Shown here piece after piece: positions 19,072 through 27,973 of a stretch of 64,000 bases of DNA (the first letter of the stretch is position 1; the number at the start of each line of letters is the position of its first letter). The notes beneath the pieces were generated by a model. That model searched no databases. It saw only the letters and a list, made by a program, of their open reading frames with translations, and was not told the DNA's origin. A program made the translations under genes and the position numbers. Origin of the DNA: Vulcanimicrobiota bacterium (GTDB lineage Bacteria; Vulcanimicrobiota; Xenobia; Xenobiales; JADMJV01); contig JBFWNU010000001.1 in the NCBI GenBank assembly GCA_050250895.1, positions 32,001 through 96,000 of the forward strand. Direction: 5' to 3'.

Positions 19072-19967
19072 CGCTCCACCCCCCCTGGGCGAATCTTCCA
19101 GCGACTGCCCTCCTGCGCGGCGTAAAGCGCCAGCGGCTTGTTGGTCAGCTTTTGACGGTAGTCGGCCACCTGTTCATCGAGCCCCTCGTCCGTCATCTCG
19201 GGGTTGTGGTGAAAGAGGAACAGGCTCGACGACTTGCAGCGCAGGCAGACCTCGATGCCGTCGTCAGGGGTCGAATGGCCCCAGTGCTTGCGTTCCCTGT
19301 ATTCCTGCGGAGTGAACATGGTGTCGTAGACGACCATGTCGGCGCCGTCGGCCAGGCGCAACTGATTGTCGTAGAGGCGTGCCAGCAACTCTTGCTCGTC
19401 ACCCTCGAGATATTCGGCCATGAGCAGGTCGCGCGAGGGGGCCACGTCGCTCACGTAGGCAAACACTCCCTCGCTGGTCTCGACGCGGAAGCCGGTCGAG
19501 ACCCCCGGGTGGTTCAGGCGCAGGCACATGACTTTGAAGGGGCCGATCTGATAGTGGGACTCTTCTTCGAGGATCGAAAACTCGATCTTGGACTTGAGCT
19601 GTTCGAGGGGGACAGGAAAAAAGTGGCTGTCCTGCTGCCAGCTGAGCAGGCGCTCGAGGGAATGCCGCGGACGATCGACCGAGTGTAGCATGAGCTTGTA
19701 TTCTTCGGAATAGGCGGGAGCGAAGAACGGAAAGCCCTGGATGTGGTCCCAGTGAGTGTGGCTGATGAGCAAGTGGAGCGGCTGGTCCTGGCCCAACCCG
19801 TGGGCGGTCAGATGCTGACCCAGGGCCCGAATGCCCGTGCCCGCGTCGATGATGAGATGAGACCCTTGAGACTGCAACTCCAAGCACGACGTGTTGCCGC
19901 CAAAACGCCGCACATGAGGCCTGGCCACGGGAAAGGAACCCCGGACGCCCCAGAAGGTCAGCTCCAC
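19062..19967 (-). CDS. MBL-fold metallohydrolase (tandem paralogue)
   Basis: FWGVRGS, GGNTSC, IDAGTG, HTHWDHIQGFPFF, NHPG, WGHS, HHNP. Confidence 0.9.
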   Translation of the reverse strand: MELTFWGVRGSFPVARPHVRRFGGNTSCLELQSQGSHLIIDAGTGIRALGQHLTAHGLGQDQPLHLLISHTHWDHIQGFPFFAPAYSEEYKLMLHSVDRPRHSLERLLSWQQDSHFFPVPLEQLKSKIEFSILEEESHYQIGPFKVMCLRLNHPGVSTGFRVETSEGVFAYVSDVAPSRDLLMAEYLEGDEQELLARLYDNQLRLADGADMVVYDTMFTPQEYRERKHWGHSTPDDGIEVCLRCKSSSLFLFHHNPEMTDEGLDEQVADYRQKLTNKPLALYAAQEGSRWKIRPGGVERCA

Positions 19968-20048
19968 CAGTGACTCCCCTCAGGTGAAAATAATTCTACT
20001 CAGCTTCTCCGGAAAGCGCCCCTGGCCTGCTGGGGAAGAGTAGAGCGC

Positions 20049-21722
20049 TCAGCGCAGGATTTCGGCGCGGGCTATAACCCCTTCGCAGTCGGTCACTCGC
20101 ACCTCGAGGGTCTCGCCGATCTTGTCGCCGGCGCCCATGACCTCGATCAGGTTGCCGTCGAGCACAGCCAGCGCGCTGCGACTGTCTTTGCCGAATCCGT
20201 CCTCTAGATAAACCCGCTCGCGGCGCCCTTTGCTCAAAGGTCGCAGCGAACGGGACAGGTCCTTGCGGCGGCCCGTGCTCACCGAATAGTCCTCTTGATG
20301 GAAGTCCTCGTCGACGGCCACCAGAATCAGCTTGCCCGTCTGGGACTCGAGAGCCTCGATGCCTTCTCCGTCCTGACCCACCAGGTCGATGCCCACGCGC
20401 GGGTGCAGGCGCACCAGCATCGCCTCTTCTTTGGAGTCGGCCGCCTGGCGAATGATCTCGCGGCGGGCTCGCAAGGCCACGGTGCCTGGCGAAAAGATGC
20501 GTCCGCGGCCAGTGCAATAGGGGCACTCTTCGCGGATGACGAGATCCAGGTCTTTGCCCTCGCGCTTGCGGGTGAGTTGCACCAGACCCAGCTCGGTCAT
20601 GCCCACCAGATGGGTGCGAGTGCGGTCCTTCTTGAGTTCTTCCACCAGCTCGGAGAGCAGGCGGCGGCGGTCGGAAGCCGACTCCATATCGATGAAGTCG
20701 ATGATGATGATGCCGCCGATGTCGCGCAAGCGCAACTGGCGACAGATCTCGGTGACGGCCTCGAGGTTGGTTTTGAGAATGGTGTCGGCCAGACTGGTCT
20801 TGCCGGTGTATTTTCCGGTGTTGACGTCGATGACCCAGAGGGCCTCGGTGCGGTCGATGATGAGATAACCGCCCGATTCGAGCCAGACCTTGCGATCGAG
20901 AGCCTTTTCAATCTCTTGATCGATGCCGTGAAACTCGAACAGCGGCAGCCGGTCGCTGTAGAGAAAGACCTTGTCGGCCATGGTGGGAGCGGTCGACTCG
21001 AGCCGCTCGACGATCTTGGCGTGCTCCTCGGCGTTGTCGATAATCAGCCGGCTGACGTCGGGGGTGAGGATGTCGCGCAGGATCTTATCGATCAGGGCCA
21101 ATTCTTGGTGGACGATGCAGGGCGCTTTGCGCCGCTTGGCGTTGCGCTGGATACGCTGCCAGGAACGCACCAGAAAGTCTAGCTCGCGCTTGAGGTCCTC
21201 GAGGGGGCGACCGCAGGAAGAGGTACGCACGATGACCCCCATGCCCTCGGGCTGGATCTTTTCGGCGATAGCGCGTAGGCGGACCCGCTCCTGATCGTCT
21301 TCGACCCGCCGCGACACGCCTACGTAGTTGGCCGAAGGGATCAAGACCAGATAGCGGCCGGGCAGGGTGACATAGGTAGTGACCCGAGCCCCTTTGGTGC
21401 CGACGGCCTCTTTGACCACCTGGACCAGGGCCTCTTCGTTTACCCTCAAAATGTCGCGAATGTCTGGCTTCTTGAGGCTGGCGGCCGCCTCGTCGCCCAG
21501 ATGGGCGGCGGCATCGTCGGCGCAAAGAAAGGCGTTGCGCTCGAGTCCCACGTCGACGAACGCGGCGTTCATGCCGGGCAGCACGTTGGCCACGCGGCCT
21601 TTGTAGACGCTACCGACCTGGCGCTCCTCGCGCGCGATCAAGAATTCCGAGAGAACGCCGTCCTCTAGCACGGCTGCTCGGCCCTCCCGCTCGTCGCGGG
21701 TGATTAAAATCTCTTTGTACAT
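20049..21722 (-). CDS. rng: Rne/Rng family ribonuclease (RNase G-like)
   Basis: YKGRVANVLPGMNAAFVDVG (S1), VIDVNTG, LRDIGGIIIIDFIDM, CPYCTGRG. Confidence 0.9.
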   Translation of the reverse strand: MYKEILITRDEREGRAAVLEDGVLSEFLIAREERQVGSVYKGRVANVLPGMNAAFVDVGLERNAFLCADDAAAHLGDEAAASLKKPDIRDILRVNEEALVQVVKEAVGTKGARVTTYVTLPGRYLVLIPSANYVGVSRRVEDDQERVRLRAIAEKIQPEGMGVIVRTSSCGRPLEDLKRELDFLVRSWQRIQRNAKRRKAPCIVHQELALIDKILRDILTPDVSRLIIDNAEEHAKIVERLESTAPTMADKVFLYSDRLPLFEFHGIDQEIEKALDRKVWLESGGYLIIDRTEALWVIDVNTGKYTGKTSLADTILKTNLEAVTEICRQLRLRDIGGIIIIDFIDMESASDRRRLLSELVEELKKDRTRTHLVGMTELGLVQLTRKREGKDLDLVIREECPYCTGRGRIFSPGTVALRARREIIRQAADSKEEAMLVRLHPRVGIDLVGQDGEGIEALESQTGKLILVAVDEDFHQEDYSVSTGRRKDLSRSLRPLSKGRRERVYLEDGFGKDSRSALAVLDGNLIEVMGAGDKIGETLEVRVTDCEGVIARAEILR

Positions 21723-21884
21723 ACGGAGTGCGAAGTTCTATTCCGAAGCTGAAGATCCTGGTCTGTCCCCCCGCCCCCTCAATTCCAATGATTACAACAT
21801 TTCCACCAATCTCAAACGTATCCCCTGGCGTGGTTGCCCACGTTCGGCAGGAAACTCCCCTACGAGCCTCCAATTCCGCGGGAT

Positions 21885-22838
21885 ATGCGGCCGTTGTTGT
21901 GGCTCGGATGGGGGGGGCTACTGTTGCTGGCGGGTTGTGGCTTGACCAAACCCGACGCCACCGCAACGCCTTCCCACCTGCGTTCGATCGGCCTGGTGGC
22001 CACTCCCACCGCCCCCGCTTCGCCCTCCCCTGAAGACCCTCGCAGCCACAAGCTCGAAGCCGTACGCAAAGTGCTGGACAAAGCAGCCGAAGACTTTCCC
22101 GGCCAGTCCGCCCTGGTCTTCTACGATCTCGAACTGGGTCAGACTATCGCGGTTCACGGCGACGAGCAGTTCGAGGCCGCCAGTCTCATCAAGATTCCTA
22201 TCCTGGTCGAACTCTATCGTCAATTCGAGACCGGAGAACTGTCGATCGAAGAAGAGATGGTCTATGAAGCGCGGTTTAGGGTCGAGGGGTCAGGCTTGCT
22301 CAAGGCCGAAAAGCCCGGCCGCAAATACAAGCTGACCGAATTGGCCCGGCTGATGGTCCAGGAGAGCGACAACGTGGCTACGGACATGCTCATCGAGCGT
22401 CTCGGCATGGACAAGATCAATCAGGAGATGGGCCTGCTCGGCCTGACCCACACCGTGCTGGCCCGGCGGATCTATGATTTTGACGAGATCGAACGCGGGC
22501 ACGACAACCTCACCAGCGCTAACGACGTTGCCTTACTCTTTAAAGAGTTAGGGGAGGGGCGTCTGCCCGGAGCCACGGCCATGCACGAGATTCTCGAAGG
22601 CCAGAAGCGCAACGACATGCTGCCGGCCAAGCTGCCCAAAGGGACGCGCGTGGCCCATAAGACGGGCGAGCTTTTGCGGGTCTTACACGACGCCGGACTG
22701 ATCTATACCGACCACGGCTCTTACGTGTTGGTACTGCTCGGACAGGGGTTCGAACACCCCGACGAGGTACAGAAGTTCTGGGCCGAGGTTTCGAGCCAGG
22801 TTCACGAAGCCTATATGGGCGGCCCCAGCACCCGATAA
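21885..22838 (+). CDS. Class A beta-lactamase-related serine hydrolase, lipoprotein
   Basis: Lipobox LLLAGC; SxxK (ASLIK), SDN, HKTG. Confidence 0.85.
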   Translation: MRPLLWLGWGGLLLLAGCGLTKPDATATPSHLRSIGLVATPTAPASPSPEDPRSHKLEAVRKVLDKAAEDFPGQSALVFYDLELGQTIAVHGDEQFEAASLIKIPILVELYRQFETGELSIEEEMVYEARFRVEGSGLLKAEKPGRKYKLTELARLMVQESDNVATDMLIERLGMDKINQEMGLLGLTHTVLARRIYDFDEIERGHDNLTSANDVALLFKELGEGRLPGATAMHEILEGQKRNDMLPAKLPKGTRVAHKTGELLRVLHDAGLIYTDHGSYVLVLLGQGFEHPDEVQKFWAEVSSQVHEAYMGGPSTR

Positions 22839-22856
22839 AACGGGCGAAAAGAGCGG

Positions 22857-22886
22857 TTGACAGGGCTCCCACCGGGCCCCTATACT
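22857..22886 (+). promoter_or_regulatory. sigma70 promoter of ffh operon
   Basis: TTGACA(22857-22862)-18 nt-TATACT(22881-22886), 10 nt before the ffh ATG. Confidence 0.7.
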
Positions 22887-22896
22887 ACGTCGGACT

Positions 22897-24282
22897 ATGT
22901 TCGAATCGCTCTCAGAGAGAATCAGCGGCGTAATCAAGAAGCTGAGGGGCCGCGGCAAACTCACCGAGGCCGATGTCAAGGAAGCCTTGCGCGAAGTTCG
23001 CCGCGCCATGCTCGAAGCCGACGTCAGCCTGCCGGTGGTGCGCGACTTTGTCAAAAAAGTCGAAGAGCGCGCCATTGGTGAAGAGCTGTGGAAGAGCCTC
23101 ACCCCCGGCCAACTGGTGGTCAAGCACGTTCGCGACGAACTGACCGAGCTGATGGGCGGCGACACCTCTGAACTGAGCTATGCCGAAGAAGGTCCCACCG
23201 TGATCATGCTGGTGGGCCTCAACGGTTCGGGTAAAACCACCTCTTCGGGCAAGCTGGCCAACTTTCTCAAGAAGAACGGCAAGAAGCCCCTGCTGGCCGC
23301 TACCGACGTGTATCGTCCGGCGGCCATCAAACAGCTCGAGATTCTGGGTAAACAGATCGGGGTTCCGGTCTTTGCCATGGGCGACAAGAACGACCCCGTC
23401 AACATCAGTAAAGCCGCCGTGGCCCACGCCGAACGCGAGGGCAACGATGTGGTGGTGGTCGATACCGCCGGTCGCCTCACGCTCAATGAAGAGCTGATGC
23501 AAGAACTGCAGAAGACCCACGAGGCGCTCAAGCCCCACGAGTGCTTGCTAGTGGTCGACGCCATGACCGGTCAAGACGCGGTCAACATCGCCGAGCAGTT
23601 CTCGCAGCGCATCAAGGTCACCGGCATCGTGATGACCAAGCTCGACGGCGACGCCCGCGGAGGCGCCGCCCTGTCGGTGCGCCACGTGACCGGCAGCCCC
23701 ATCAAGTTCGTGGGTATGGGCGAGAAGATCTCGGCTCTCGAACTGTTCCATCCCGACCGCATGGCCTCACGGATCTTGGGAATGGGCGACGTGCTGGGCC
23801 TGATCGAAAAGGCCGAGCAGGCCATGGATGAAGAAGAGGCGGCCCTGCTGGAAAAGAAAATCCGCGAGGACAACTTCACCCTCAACGACTTTCTAGGTCA
23901 GATGCAGCAGATCAAGAAGCTGGGCCCCTTGCAAGACATCATCAAGATGATCCCCGGCATGGGCGGAAATGCCGCCCTCAAGGATCTGCAGGTCGACGAG
24001 AAGCGCTTCAGCCGGATGGAGGCCATCATCCGATCCATGACGATGGAAGAGCGGCGCCACCCCGACATTCTCAACGCCTCCCGCAAAAAGCGTGTTGCCA
24101 AAGGATCCGGCAACGAGGTGTCCGAAGTGAATCAGCTTCTCAAGCAATTTGAAATGCTCCGCAAAATGATGCGCCAACTTACGGGTGGTGGCGGTCCAGG
24201 CGGGGGCAAGAAAAATAAAAAGAAAAACAAGAAGGGCCGCCGCAAGATCAAGGGTATACCTTTCCGGCTGCCCTTCAAGTAG
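22897..24282 (+). CDS. ffh: Signal recognition particle protein
   Basis: GLNGSGKTT, DTAGR, TKLDGDARGGAALS, FHPDRMASRILGMGD, Met-rich M domain. Confidence 0.98.
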   Translation: MFESLSERISGVIKKLRGRGKLTEADVKEALREVRRAMLEADVSLPVVRDFVKKVEERAIGEELWKSLTPGQLVVKHVRDELTELMGGDTSELSYAEEGPTVIMLVGLNGSGKTTSSGKLANFLKKNGKKPLLAATDVYRPAAIKQLEILGKQIGVPVFAMGDKNDPVNISKAAVAHAEREGNDVVVVDTAGRLTLNEELMQELQKTHEALKPHECLLVVDAMTGQDAVNIAEQFSQRIKVTGIVMTKLDGDARGGAALSVRHVTGSPIKFVGMGEKISALELFHPDRMASRILGMGDVLGLIEKAEQAMDEEEAALLEKKIREDNFTLNDFLGQMQQIKKLGPLQDIIKMIPGMGGNAALKDLQVDEKRFSRMEAIIRSMTMEERRHPDILNASRKKRVAKGSGNEVSEVNQLLKQFEMLRKMMRQLTGGGGPGGGKKNKKKNKKGRRKIKGIPFRLPFK

Positions 24283-24322
24283 ATTTTGTTCATAGGTAGC
24301 ATACAGGAGGAACGGATCACTC

Positions 24323-24679
24323 ATGGTTAAGTTAAGACTCACTCGAGTTGGTAAGAAGAAACAACCGAGCTATCGTCTCGTGGCGGCCAATTCTCGCTCG
24401 CCCCGAGACGGTCGTTTCATCGAGATTCTTGGGCACTACAATCCCTTGACAGACCCCCCCACGGTGGTCTTCAAGGAAGAACGCATCCTCGACTGGCTGG
24501 CCAAAGGCGCGCAGCCAACCGAGGCCATGAAACGTCTGCTCGTCAACGGTGGTATCTGGCAAAAGCACACCGGCAAACCCCACAAATGGCCTGAAGCTCC
24601 GGCTGCTGAAGTCGAAGAGCCGGCCAAAGCCGAAGAAGCCGCCGCCGAGCGCGAAAAAGAACCCGTCGAGACCGCCTGA
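24323..24679 (+). CDS. rpsP: 30S ribosomal protein S16
   Basis: [41 protein letters not shown]. Confidence 0.98.
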   Translation: MVKLRLTRVGKKKQPSYRLVAANSRSPRDGRFIEILGHYNPLTDPPTVVFKEERILDWLAKGAQPTEAMKRLLVNGGIWQKHTGKPHKWPEAPAAEVEEPAKAEEAAAEREKEPVETA

Positions 24680-24762
24680 AGCGGCACGGACGGCGTAGTT
24701 CATTTGGGTGGAGCCGCAAAGGCCCGCTATTGCGGCCATTTGGCGGCCAGGAAGGTCGTTTC

Positions 24763-24993
24763 GTGAAAGAACTCCTGCGATATTTGGCCAAACAACTGGT
24801 CGAAGAGCCCGAGGCTGTAGAAGTCAAAGAGATCGACGAAGACAGCTCGACGGTCATTCTCGAGCTGCGCGTGGCCCCCAAGGACATGGGCAAGGTCATC
24901 GGCAAGAACGGCAAGATCGCCCAGGCGCTGCGCACGCTGGTGAAAGCTGCCGGCATGCGCGACGGCAAGCGCGTCACGGTGGAGATCCTGTGA
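24763..24993 (+). CDS. khpA: KH-domain RNA-binding protein (KhpA/YlqC)
   Basis: LRVAPKDMGKVIGKNGKIAQALRTLV; conserved position after rpsP. Confidence 0.92.
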   Translation: MKELLRYLAKQLVEEPEAVEVKEIDEDSSTVILELRVAPKDMGKVIGKNGKIAQALRTLVKAAGMRDGKRVTVEIL

Positions 24994-25394
24994 AGGTCAC
25001 TCTGCAGCAGCCGATCGCCATCAAGGTCATCGTCACCGAAGACTTTCGGCGTCAACTGGTGCAAGAAGCCGAGCAATCCATCCAGAAGATCGACGACAAT
25101 CTCGCTCGCCTGACGGACATGACCCCCGAATCCGAGTCCTCCGATCAGACCGACCCCCACGAGGTCGAGTTCAACCGTCAGCGAATCGAAAGCGAGCGAA
25201 GCCGGCTTTACCAGATGCGTAAAGAGCTTGAGTGGCGTATCAAAGAAGCCCAATCGATCAGGGACGGAGCGGAACTGCCCCTGCAGACCGTGCAGGGCAC
25301 CGTCGAACTGGCCGTCGGCGACAACTATCTGGACAAAGTCTCAACGGAAGTGATCCTCAAGGATTGGACCGTGGTCGAGATTCGTCAGGGCTAG
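24990..25394 (+). CDS. ylqD: YlqD family protein
   Basis: IAIKVIVTEDFRRQL, coiled coil, VELAVGDN...EVILKD; lies between khpA and rimM. Confidence 0.8.
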   Translation: MKVTLQQPIAIKVIVTEDFRRQLVQEAEQSIQKIDDNLARLTDMTPESESSDQTDPHEVEFNRQRIESERSRLYQMRKELEWRIKEAQSIRDGAELPLQTVQGTVELAVGDNYLDKVSTEVILKDWTVVEIRQG

Positions 25395-25399
25395 CCGAC

Positions 25400-25906
25400 T
25401 TGCACTGGGGCGACCTGGTAGCCATCGGCAAGTGCCTCAAACCCCACGGGATCCGCGGTGAGCTGAAGGTCGCCATTCTGACCGATTTTCCCGAGCGCTT
25501 CGAAGAGACCGAGTCGGTCTATCTGCACAATAATCAAGACCCCGTCCACGAAGTGCCCGTGGAGGCGGCCCGCTTTCATCACGGCAGTATCTTGCTCAAG
25601 CTGGTAGGGGTCGACACCATCGAACAGGCCGAGCGCTGGCGCAACTATATTCTGGCCGTGCCCGAAGACGACCTGGTCGAGCTTGAAGAGGACGAATACT
25701 GGCATTTCGAGCTCGAGGGACTCGAAGCGCGCAAGCCCGATGGCCAGGTCATCGGCAAGGTCAGCCAGGTGCTCAACACCCCGGGTCACGATCTTTACGT
25801 GGTCCAGGGTCCGGGCGGAGAGGTGCTCATTCCGGCGGTGAGCGAGTACGTCGGCGAAATCAACCTCGAAGAGGGCTTCATGGTGGTCACTCCGCCCGAG
25901 TTCTGA
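25400..25906 (+). CDS. rimM: Ribosome maturation factor RimM (start approximate)
   Basis: [38 protein letters not shown]. Confidence 0.95.
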   Translation: MHWGDLVAIGKCLKPHGIRGELKVAILTDFPERFEETESVYLHNNQDPVHEVPVEAARFHHGSILLKLVGVDTIEQAERWRNYILAVPEDDLVELEEDEYWHFELEGLEARKPDGQVIGKVSQVLNTPGHDLYVVQGPGGEVLIPAVSEYVGEINLEEGFMVVTPPEF

Positions 25907-26586
25907 TGCGCATCGACATCCTCACCCTGTTTCCCGAAGTCTTCTCGCCTCTATTCGCCAGCATTCCCGCCCGAGCCCAGCAGGCCGGAGCCGTAGAACT
26001 CGAGCTGCACTACCTGAGAAAATGGGGTATTGGTAAGCATCGTCAGGTAGATGACGTGCCTTTCGGGGGTGGCCCCGGCATGCTGCTCAAGCCCGAACCG
26101 CTGTTTGCCGCCATTCGCGACATCCAGAGCCAGAGCGAGCAGCCCGCCTGTGCGATCTTTCTAACCCCCCAGGGCCAGCCCCTGACTCAGCCCCTGGTCA
26201 ACGAGCTGGCCGTCCTGCCTCGCCTGCTGCTGATCTGCGGTCACTATGAAGGCATCGACGAGCGCGTGCGCGAGGCCCTCATCGACCGCGAGATCTCGCT
26301 GGGCGATTTCGTGCTCTCCGGAGGCGAGCTGCCGGCCATGGTCCTGGCCGATGCCGTCATCCGCCTGCAACCAGGAGTGATCGCCCAGGAGTCGTATGAG
26401 CAGGACAGTTTCTATTCGGGTCTGCTGGACCATCCCCACTATACCCGCCCGGCCGAGTTCGAGGGCATGAAAGTGCCCGAGGTGCTACTCTCGGGTCATC
26501 ACGAGAAGATCGAGAAATGGCGCCATCAAGCGGCTCGCCAGCGAACCCTCGAACGGCGGCCCGACCTGATCAAGGAGGACCAATGA
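25906..26586 (+). CDS. trmD: tRNA (guanine37-N1)-methyltransferase
   Basis: [49 protein letters not shown]. Confidence 0.98.
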   Translation: MRIDILTLFPEVFSPLFASIPARAQQAGAVELELHYLRKWGIGKHRQVDDVPFGGGPGMLLKPEPLFAAIRDIQSQSEQPACAIFLTPQGQPLTQPLVNELAVLPRLLLICGHYEGIDERVREALIDREISLGDFVLSGGELPAMVLADAVIRLQPGVIAQESYEQDSFYSGLLDHPHYTRPAEFEGMKVPEVLLSGHHEKIEKWRHQAARQRTLERRPDLIKEDQ

Positions 26587-27563
26587 ACGTACTCGTCACC
26601 GGCGGAGCCGGCTATATCGGCAGCCATACCGCCAAAGCCCTGGCCGCCGCCGGCCATCAACCGATCGTCTATGACAACCTCTCGACCGGGCACCGTTGGG
26701 CCTGCCAATGGGGACCGCTGGTCGAGGCGGACATTCTCGACACCGAGCGCCTGCGTCAGGCCCTCAAAGAGCACGGCATCAAAGCCGTCATCCACTTTGC
26801 CGCCTCGGCCTACGTCGGCGAGTCGATGGCCAACGCCCGCGCCTATTACCGCAACAACGTGGTGGGAAGCCTGTCGCTGCTCGACGCCATGGTCTCGGAA
26901 GGGGTCGAGGCGATCGTCTTCTCCTCGTCTTGCGCCACCTATGGCGTGCCCGACCAATTGCCCATCACCGAGTCGACCGTGCAGCGGCCCATCAACACTT
27001 ACGGCGAGACCAAACTGGCCACCGAGCGCGCTCTGCACTGGCACCACGTGGCCCACCGTCTGCGCTATGCCGCTTTGCGTTACTTCAACGCTTCGGGAGC
27101 CTCCAAAGACGGCGACCTGGGCGAAGCGCACGACCCCGAGACCCACCTCTTACCGTTGGCCATCGACGCCGCCCTGGGAGTGCGCGACCCTCTCAAGGTG
27201 TTCGGCAGCGACTATCCCACCCGCGACGGCACCTGCGAGCGCGACTATGTCCACGTCGAAGACCTGGCCAGCGCTCATCTAGCCGCGCTCGACAAGCTGG
27301 CCTCGGGAACGGAAACCATCGCCTGCAACATCGGCACCGGCCAGGGCCAGACCGTCCAGGAGTGCTGCTCGGTCATCGAAGCATGCTGCGGACGCCCGGT
27401 GCCCACCGTCCCCTCCCCCCGCCGGGCCGGCGACCCACCCAGCCTGGTGGCCGACGTCTCGCTTGCCTCGACCCTGCTGGGCTGGCAAGCCGCCAACGGC
27501 ATCACCGAGATCGTGGCCGACGCGGTGGCCTGGCACCAACGCCAACTTTCCGCCCGTTCTTAG
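26583..27563 (+). CDS. galE: UDP-glucose 4-epimerase
   Basis: [43 protein letters not shown]. Confidence 0.95.
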   Translation: MNVLVTGGAGYIGSHTAKALAAAGHQPIVYDNLSTGHRWACQWGPLVEADILDTERLRQALKEHGIKAVIHFAASAYVGESMANARAYYRNNVVGSLSLLDAMVSEGVEAIVFSSSCATYGVPDQLPITESTVQRPINTYGETKLATERALHWHHVAHRLRYAALRYFNASGASKDGDLGEAHDPETHLLPLAIDAALGVRDPLKVFGSDYPTRDGTCERDYVHVEDLASAHLAALDKLASGTETIACNIGTGQGQTVQECCSVIEACCGRPVPTVPSPRRAGDPPSLVADVSLASTLLGWQAANGITEIVADAVAWHQRQLSARS

Positions 27564-27577
27564 TTGGGCGCTGGTTC

Positions 27578-27860
27578 GATGAAACCGCCGAGATACCGCC
27601 GAGAGGGTTAGAGCCCGTAGAGGCAACCGCGGAGGTCCGCAGGGAAGCGCGGGGAGGGTGGTGTGACTGGGAAGTTTGGGCTTGATGGGTTGAAGGTGGA
27701 AACACGGAGGAGGATTCGAGGATTCCGAGCTACCCAGGCTGGCCGGCGGCGGTACGGCACCAGATGGTGCCGTACTCGGGCGAGCCCCGCGGTTTCATCT
27801 CATCATCTCATCCGCTGAGCATACACTCCAAACGCCTAACCCTCTCGGCGCCTCTGCGCC
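27578..27860. repeat. Intergenic inverted-repeat element (MITE/REP-like)
   Basis: 15-bp perfect IR CGCCGAGAGGGTTAG(27597-27611)/CTAACCCTCTCGGCG(27836-27850); 11-bp IR 27578-27588/27789-27799; hairpin GTACGGCACCA-GA-TGGTGCCGTAC at 27752-27775. Confidence 0.65.
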
Positions 27861-27973
27861 TGATATGATCATCTTGCCTTCACGAACCGGTCGAGCAAGC
27901 GCAACCTAGAGGAATGGTCTGCCCGCCCGACTAACAGGGCAATCCAAAATCAAATCCCCCCAGGAGTTCGCCG

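Noticed and set aside
21885-22838. Bona fide beta-lactamase resistance gene
   Set aside because: SxxK, SDN and KTG are present but no recognisable omega-loop ExxLN; more likely a PBP-like serine hydrolase
24680-24762. tRNA or other small RNA between rpsP and khpA
   Set aside because: No cloverleaf or T-loop; I recognised no tRNA or rRNA anywhere in the window
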